Under the pieces are notes generated by a model that saw only the letters and a list, made by a program, of their open reading frames with translations, did no database searches and had not been told where the DNA came from. A stretch of DNA of 58,220 nucleotides, from positions 1 to 58,220 of the forward strand of contig JAQXPY010000042.1 in assembly GCA_029100885.1 (NCBI GenBank), written 5' to 3'. Below, one piece after another: positions 54,107-58,220 of the stretch. A program made the position numbers and the translations under genes. This stretch comes from Clostridiales bacterium (lineage in GTDB: Bacteria; Bacillota; Clostridia; Lachnospirales; Lachnospiraceae). How positions within the stretch are numbered: position 1 is the first letter of the stretch; the number at the start of each line of letters is the position of its first letter.

Positions 54107-56197
54107 ATGAAAGCGTATGATACAAAAGACATCAGAAATGTGGTATTTCTTGGACACGGAGGGGCCGGTAAAACGACGGTAGTCGAAGCATTGGCTTACA
54201 TTTCAGGTATTACTACGCGCCCTGGTAAGGTTACTGACGGCAATACCATCAGTGACTTTGATAAGGAGGAGCAGAAGCGTAAGTTCTCTATTTCCACTTC
54301 TATCGTTCCTATTGAGTTCAAGGATGAAAAGGAGACCGTCAAGATCAATCTTCTTGATACTCCAGGATATTTTGATTTCGTCGGAGAAGTTGAAGAAGCT
54401 GTCAGTGTAGCTGATGCTGCGGTTATTGTTGTTAACTGCAAGTCCGGTATCGAGCCTGGCACCAGAAAGGCATGGGAGCTTTGCGAGCAGTACAAGCTGC
54501 CTCGTATTTTCTTTGTTACCAATATGGACGATGACGATGCCTCCTTCAGAGAGCTCACCATCAAGCTCACCACCGAATTCGGCAGAAGCATCTCACCTCT
54601 TCAGATCCCTATCAGAGAGGACGGTAAGTTTGTCGGATATGTAAATGTTATCAAGCAGAAGGGCCGTAAATATACTACAGCCTCCAATAAGGTTGAGGTT
54701 CCGGTTCCTGACTATCTTCAGAAGCAGCTTGATACTGCCAGAGCATCCCTTATGGAAGCTGTTGCGGAGACATCAGAGGAGCTTATGGAGAGATATTTTG
54801 AGGGAGATGAGTTCACTCCTGATGAGATCTATGATGCTCTCAGAGCCAATGTTGCCACATGCAGTCTTGTACCTGTCTGCATGGGATCTGGCATTGCCGC
54901 ACAGGGAATGAATTATCTGCTTCAGTGCATCAACAGATACGTTCCTGCTCCTGATTATAAGGAGGCAGTAGGTAAGGATCTTGCCACAGGCGAGAGATTT
55001 ACCGCAAAATGCAAGAATGATTCTTCAACGTCGGTTCTTATCTGGAAGACCATTGTTGATCCTTTTATCGGCAAGTACAGTCTCTTCAAAGTAATGACCG
55101 GTGAGATCAAGCCTGATACAGTTCTCTACAATACTGCCAAGGAGCAGGATGAAAAGATCGGCAAGGTCTATATCATGTGCGGCAAGGATGTAAAGGAAAC
55201 AGACAGACTCTGCGCAGGAGATATCGGTGCGCTTTCCAAGCTTGACGTTACCCAGACAGGCGATACGCTTGTAGCTCAGAGAAATGCACCTGTTGCCTAC
55301 AACATGGCTGAGATCGATAAGCCGTATACATATATGGCTTACAAAACTGTCACAAAGGGCGATGACGATAAGGTAGCAGCAGGCTTTGCAAAGCTTCTTG
55401 AAGAGGACAAGACTCTTAAGGTGGTAAATGATGCAGAAAACCGTCAGTCTCTTGTTTATGCAATAGGAGAACAGCAGCTTGATATTGTCAAGTCCAAGCT
55501 TGAAGACAGATATAAGGTCAAGATTGAGCTCTCCAAGCCTAAGTTTGCATACAGAGAGACTCTTCGCAAGAAGGTCGAAGTCAGAGGAAAGCATAAGAAG
55601 CAGTCCGGCGGACACGGTCAGTACGGAGATGTTCTTATGGAGTTTGAACCATCCGGAGATCTTACTGTTCCGTATATCTTCGAAGAAAGAGTATTCGGAG
55701 GATCTGTTCCGAAGAACTACTTCCCTGCAGTTGAAAAGGGACTTCAGGAATGTGTTCTCAAGGGACCTATGGCCGGTTATCCTGTTGTAGGAGTTAAGGC
55801 TACACTTACCGACGGATCATATCATCCTGTTGATTCTTCAGAGATGGCATTCAAGATGGCAAGTACACTTGCCTTCAAGGAAGGCTTCATGAAGGCAAAC
55901 CCTGTTATCCTCGAGCCTATCGCAGCGCTTAAGGTAACGGTTCCTGACGCATTTACAGGCGATGTTATGGGTGATCTGAACAGAAGGAGAGGCCGTGTAC
56001 TCGGAATGAATTCCAATCACCACGGCAAGCAGATCATTGAGGCTGAGGTTCCTATGTCAGAGCTTTACGGCTACGGAACAGATGTTCGTTCCATGACCGG
56101 TGGACTCGGACATTTTGAGTACGAGCTGGCAAGATATGAGCAGGCTCCTACAGATGTTCAGAACGCTGTAATTGCAGCTGCAGCAGAAGAGGAATAA
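54107..56197 (+). CDS. EF-G2-type elongation factor G paralog (696 aa)
   Basis: G1 GHGGAGKTT, G3 DTPGYFDF (Tyr where canonical EF-G has His), NMDD, and KKQSGGHGQYGDV and SYHPVDSSEMAFKMA in domains IV/V. It resembles the Thermus EF-G-2 class and lies outside an rpsL-rpsG-fusA context. Confidence 0.85.
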   Translation: MKAYDTKDIRNVVFLGHGGAGKTTVVEALAYISGITTRPGKVTDGNTISDFDKEEQKRKFSISTSIVPIEFKDEKETVKINLLDTPGYFDFVGEVEEAVSVADAAVIVVNCKSGIEPGTRKAWELCEQYKLPRIFFVTNMDDDDASFRELTIKLTTEFGRSISPLQIPIREDGKFVGYVNVIKQKGRKYTTASNKVEVPVPDYLQKQLDTARASLMEAVAETSEELMERYFEGDEFTPDEIYDALRANVATCSLVPVCMGSGIAAQGMNYLLQCINRYVPAPDYKEAVGKDLATGERFTAKCKNDSSTSVLIWKTIVDPFIGKYSLFKVMTGEIKPDTVLYNTAKEQDEKIGKVYIMCGKDVKETDRLCAGDIGALSKLDVTQTGDTLVAQRNAPVAYNMAEIDKPYTYMAYKTVTKGDDDKVAAGFAKLLEEDKTLKVVNDAENRQSLVYAIGEQQLDIVKSKLEDRYKVKIELSKPKFAYRETLRKKVEVRGKHKKQSGGHGQYGDVLMEFEPSGDLTVPYIFEERVFGGSVPKNYFPAVEKGLQECVLKGPMAGYPVVGVKATLTDGSYHPVDSSEMAFKMASTLAFKEGFMKANPVILEPIAALKVTVPDAFTGDVMGDLNRRRGRVLGMNSNHHGKQIIEAEVPMSELYGYGTDVRSMTGGLGHFEYELARYEQAPTDVQNAVIAAAAEEE

Positions 56198-56304
56198 TTA
56201 TAGATTTCATACGCTTAAGGCTGACGCAGATCCTTCGATGATCTGCCGCTGCTTAAGACATAATACTGAGGGCGCGTTGTAATCCGTAATACATGATCGG
56301 TTTT

Positions 56305-56346
56305 ATACAGCCTTTTCCGGTTAATGATCCGGTAAAAAGGCTGTAT
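56305..56346. repeat. Strong intergenic inverted repeat / hairpin (12 bp + 4 bp stem, 8-nt loop)
   Basis: ATACAGCCTTTT-CCGG-ttaatgat-CCGG-ta-AAAAGGCTGTAT. There is no adjacent U-tract on either strand. Confidence 0.7.
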
Positions 56347-56516
56347 GAAGGAGATATTGTGACAGCGGATATACAGCGCGCCGTTAGTTTAGGCGTATTC
56401 ATGGTCTGCCTTTTCTGTTTAGGTGAAGCTGAGTTTCTTTTGGTTATTCCTGTATTATCTGTGAGGATTACTGCACGATTGCAGAGGGATTATTTTTTGT
56501 GTTATACTTATATGCC

Positions 56517-58007
56517 ATGAAAGGTATCAATTTTCGGAAAAATTTAATACATATTCAGTTTACATGGCATTTTTACAGAAATCTTTTTTCTGCAGCAGCT
56601 TTTATTTGCATGCTGCTTATTTCTTCCTGTGCGAGATATGAGCCGGCAGCCCTCGATCCTGGATATGATGCTGAATCATTAAATAATGAGTCCATCTCCA
56701 TCAGCATAGAGGAGAGCATTGATGAAACAGAATCGGAGGGATCGGGTAAGGAAGCTGCTGAGGCTCTGTCTGAGGAAGCATCTAAGCAGGCTGACAGTAG
56801 AGTGCCAGCCCGTGTAAAAGGAATCTATGTCGCATCCAAGCCTCTTGCAAATGAGTCTTTTATGTCATCTTTCTGGGATGTTATGGACAGCACAGAGCTG
56901 AATGCGGTAGTTATCGATATTAAGGATGATTACGGAAAGATAACCTACGATATGAAGGGCGTACCTGCCCTGGATGAACTGAACAGTATTGAGGCGGTCA
57001 TAGAGGATATGCCCTCTCTTATGAAAAAATTTAAAGAGCATGGTATTTATACCATAGCAAGGATAGTCTCACTGCGTGATCCTAATCTGGCAGATGCGTG
57101 GCCGGAAGTATGTATGACCAATCCGGACGGCACTGTTTTTAAGGATGGAAGCGGATATGCATGGGTCAATCCGTACAAGACGGAATACTGGGAGCTTCTT
57201 CTGGATATTGCGATGCAGTGTGCCGAGGACGGATTTGATGAGATCCAGTTCGACTATATGCGTTTCTGCACCGAGAAGGGTTCCGATGACTGTATTTTTG
57301 ATGAAGAAGAAGTAAAAGGAAGAGACAAGATAAGCATCATTACAGAACTTGTCGATTATCTGTACTGCAATCTCAGAGAACGGGGAGTGTTTGTTTCGGT
57401 GGACTGCTTCGGAACGATCATCGGCAGTAAGGTAGATTCGAGGGCGGTCGGTCAGAATTACGGACAGTTGTCATCGGTTCTGGATTATATATGTCCTATG
57501 ATCTATCCGTCCCATTATTCCTCAGGCAACTTTGGTCTGGAGCATCCGGATACCAGGCCTTATGAGGCCGTCTCAGGTGCTCTGAATAGATCTCGAAACG
57601 AGCTTGCGAGAGCAAAGAATGATGCAAATGAGCATCAGGCAGTGGTCAGACCATGGCTTCAGTCCTTTACAGCCAGCTGGCTGGGAGAGGGCAATTATAT
57701 TAAATATGATGCGGATGCCATAAGAAAGCAGATACAGGCTGTGTATGATTCCGGCTATGACGAATGGCTGCTCTGGTCGGCTTCGGTAAGCTATGATTTT
57801 GATGCCATGCTGACCGACTCACAGGCAGCTGAAGAGGATCAGAGAATAGCGGAGTCAAGAGCCGCCCTTCCTCCGGAGGAGGATCCGTTGATTTCCGAGG
57901 AGGAGACATTCCCGGATGAATTGCAGAAGGCACTGGAAAATGATGACCTAAGACCTGAGGATGAGCAGATACTACTTGAGGACGGACCTATAGTTACTTA
58001 TGAATAA
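56517..58007 (+). CDS. Putative lipoprotein with a TIM-barrel glycoside-hydrolase-like domain (DUF4015/GHL-type)
   Basis: Signal peptide with a lipobox-like LLISSC. The core VKGIYV...[16 protein letters not shown]...ARIVSLRDP...WVNPY...[12 protein letters not shown] matches the putative glycosyl-hydrolase-like family. The C-terminus is acidic. Start at ATG 56517 or GTG 56499. Confidence 0.6.
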   Translation: MKGINFRKNLIHIQFTWHFYRNLFSAAAFICMLLISSCARYEPAALDPGYDAESLNNESISISIEESIDETESEGSGKEAAEALSEEASKQADSRVPARVKGIYVASKPLANESFMSSFWDVMDSTELNAVVIDIKDDYGKITYDMKGVPALDELNSIEAVIEDMPSLMKKFKEHGIYTIARIVSLRDPNLADAWPEVCMTNPDGTVFKDGSGYAWVNPYKTEYWELLLDIAMQCAEDGFDEIQFDYMRFCTEKGSDDCIFDEEEVKGRDKISIITELVDYLYCNLRERGVFVSVDCFGTIIGSKVDSRAVGQNYGQLSSVLDYICPMIYPSHYSSGNFGLEHPDTRPYEAVSGALNRSRNELARAKNDANEHQAVVRPWLQSFTASWLGEGNYIKYDADAIRKQIQAVYDSGYDEWLLWSASVSYDFDAMLTDSQAAEEDQRIAESRAALPPEEDPLISEEETFPDELQKALENDDLRPEDEQILLEDGPIVTYE

Positions 58008-58220
58008 TGACAGCAGCTTTGATATACAGGAAGAATTAAAAAAACTCCCGACCAGACCGGGAGTTTATATTATGCACGGACCCAGGGACGAGATCATATA
58101 TGTCGGAAAGGCTGTTAATCTGAAAAACAGAGTCAGGCAGTATTTTCAGTCAGATAAAAACAAGACAGAAAAGATAAAGAAAATGATCTCTCTGATCAGA
58201 CGCTTCGAGTACATCGTTGT
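58000..58220 (+). CDS. uvrC: Excinuclease ABC subunit C, N-terminal GIY-YIG domain (partial; runs off the right edge)
   Basis: The ATG at 58000 overlaps the preceding stop. Translation is [49 protein letters not shown]..., the UvrC GIY-YIG signature. Confidence 0.85.
   Translation, partial: MNNDSSFDIQEELKKLPTRPGVYIMHGPRDEIIYVGKAVNLKNRVRQYFQSDKNKTEKIKKMISLIRRFEYIV

Noticed and set aside
56293-56520. 75-aa plus-strand ORF upstream of the lipoprotein gene (hydrophobic, could be a small membrane protein)
   Set aside because: It has no convincing RBS. It starts inside the large hairpin region and runs through the probable promoter of the next gene in an overlapping frame. It is kept only as a weak possibility.
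1-58220. Mobile elements, prophage, defence islands and toxin-antitoxin pairs
   Set aside because: I scanned the ORF products on both strands for transposase, integrase, recombinase, restriction-modification, Cas, Abi and TA signatures and found none. The gene content is metabolic and housekeeping with consistent orientation.

Overview
This 58 kb window looks like core chromosome from a low-to-medium GC anaerobic Firmicute. A Clostridia/Lachnospiraceae-type origin is only an inference from protein signatures and gene order. Most genes are on the + strand and are housekeeping: tig-clpP-clpX-engB-thrS, rpmF-plsX-acpP-rnc-smc-ftsY, ylxM-ffh-rpsP-KH-rimM-trmD-rplS, then rnpB, an EF-G2-type paralog and the uvrC 5' end. 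I found no CRISPR array, transposase, integrase or phage gene. The non-routine content lies in the left 22 kb and centres on branched-chain amino acid and acyl-CoA metabolism. (1) Two tandem minus-strand paralogs fuse an XRE-HTH and a cupin domain to an AMP-forming acyl-CoA synthetase. The upstream copy is preceded by a clear T-box leader with a candidate Ile (AUC) specifier. The downstream copy has lost the P-loop consensus and the A10 catalytic lysine, and it carries an operator-like direct repeat over its promoter. (2) A P-loop NTPase sits with a four-subunit 2-oxoacid:ferredoxin oxidoreductase, panB, an HTH-cupin regulator, panE and a family-I CoA-transferase. (3) ilvE is preceded by a textbook Ile/Val-rich leader-peptide attenuator. 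Together these suggest a branched-chain fatty-acid salvage module, controlled by two different RNA mechanisms. Other items are a MoxR-DUF58-membrane operon, a membrane-domain/SGNH hydrolase fusion, a five-domain c-di-GMP protein, a tRNA-Thr(GGU) with an atypical T-loop, a duplicated terminator, and several unexplained hairpins and repeats.
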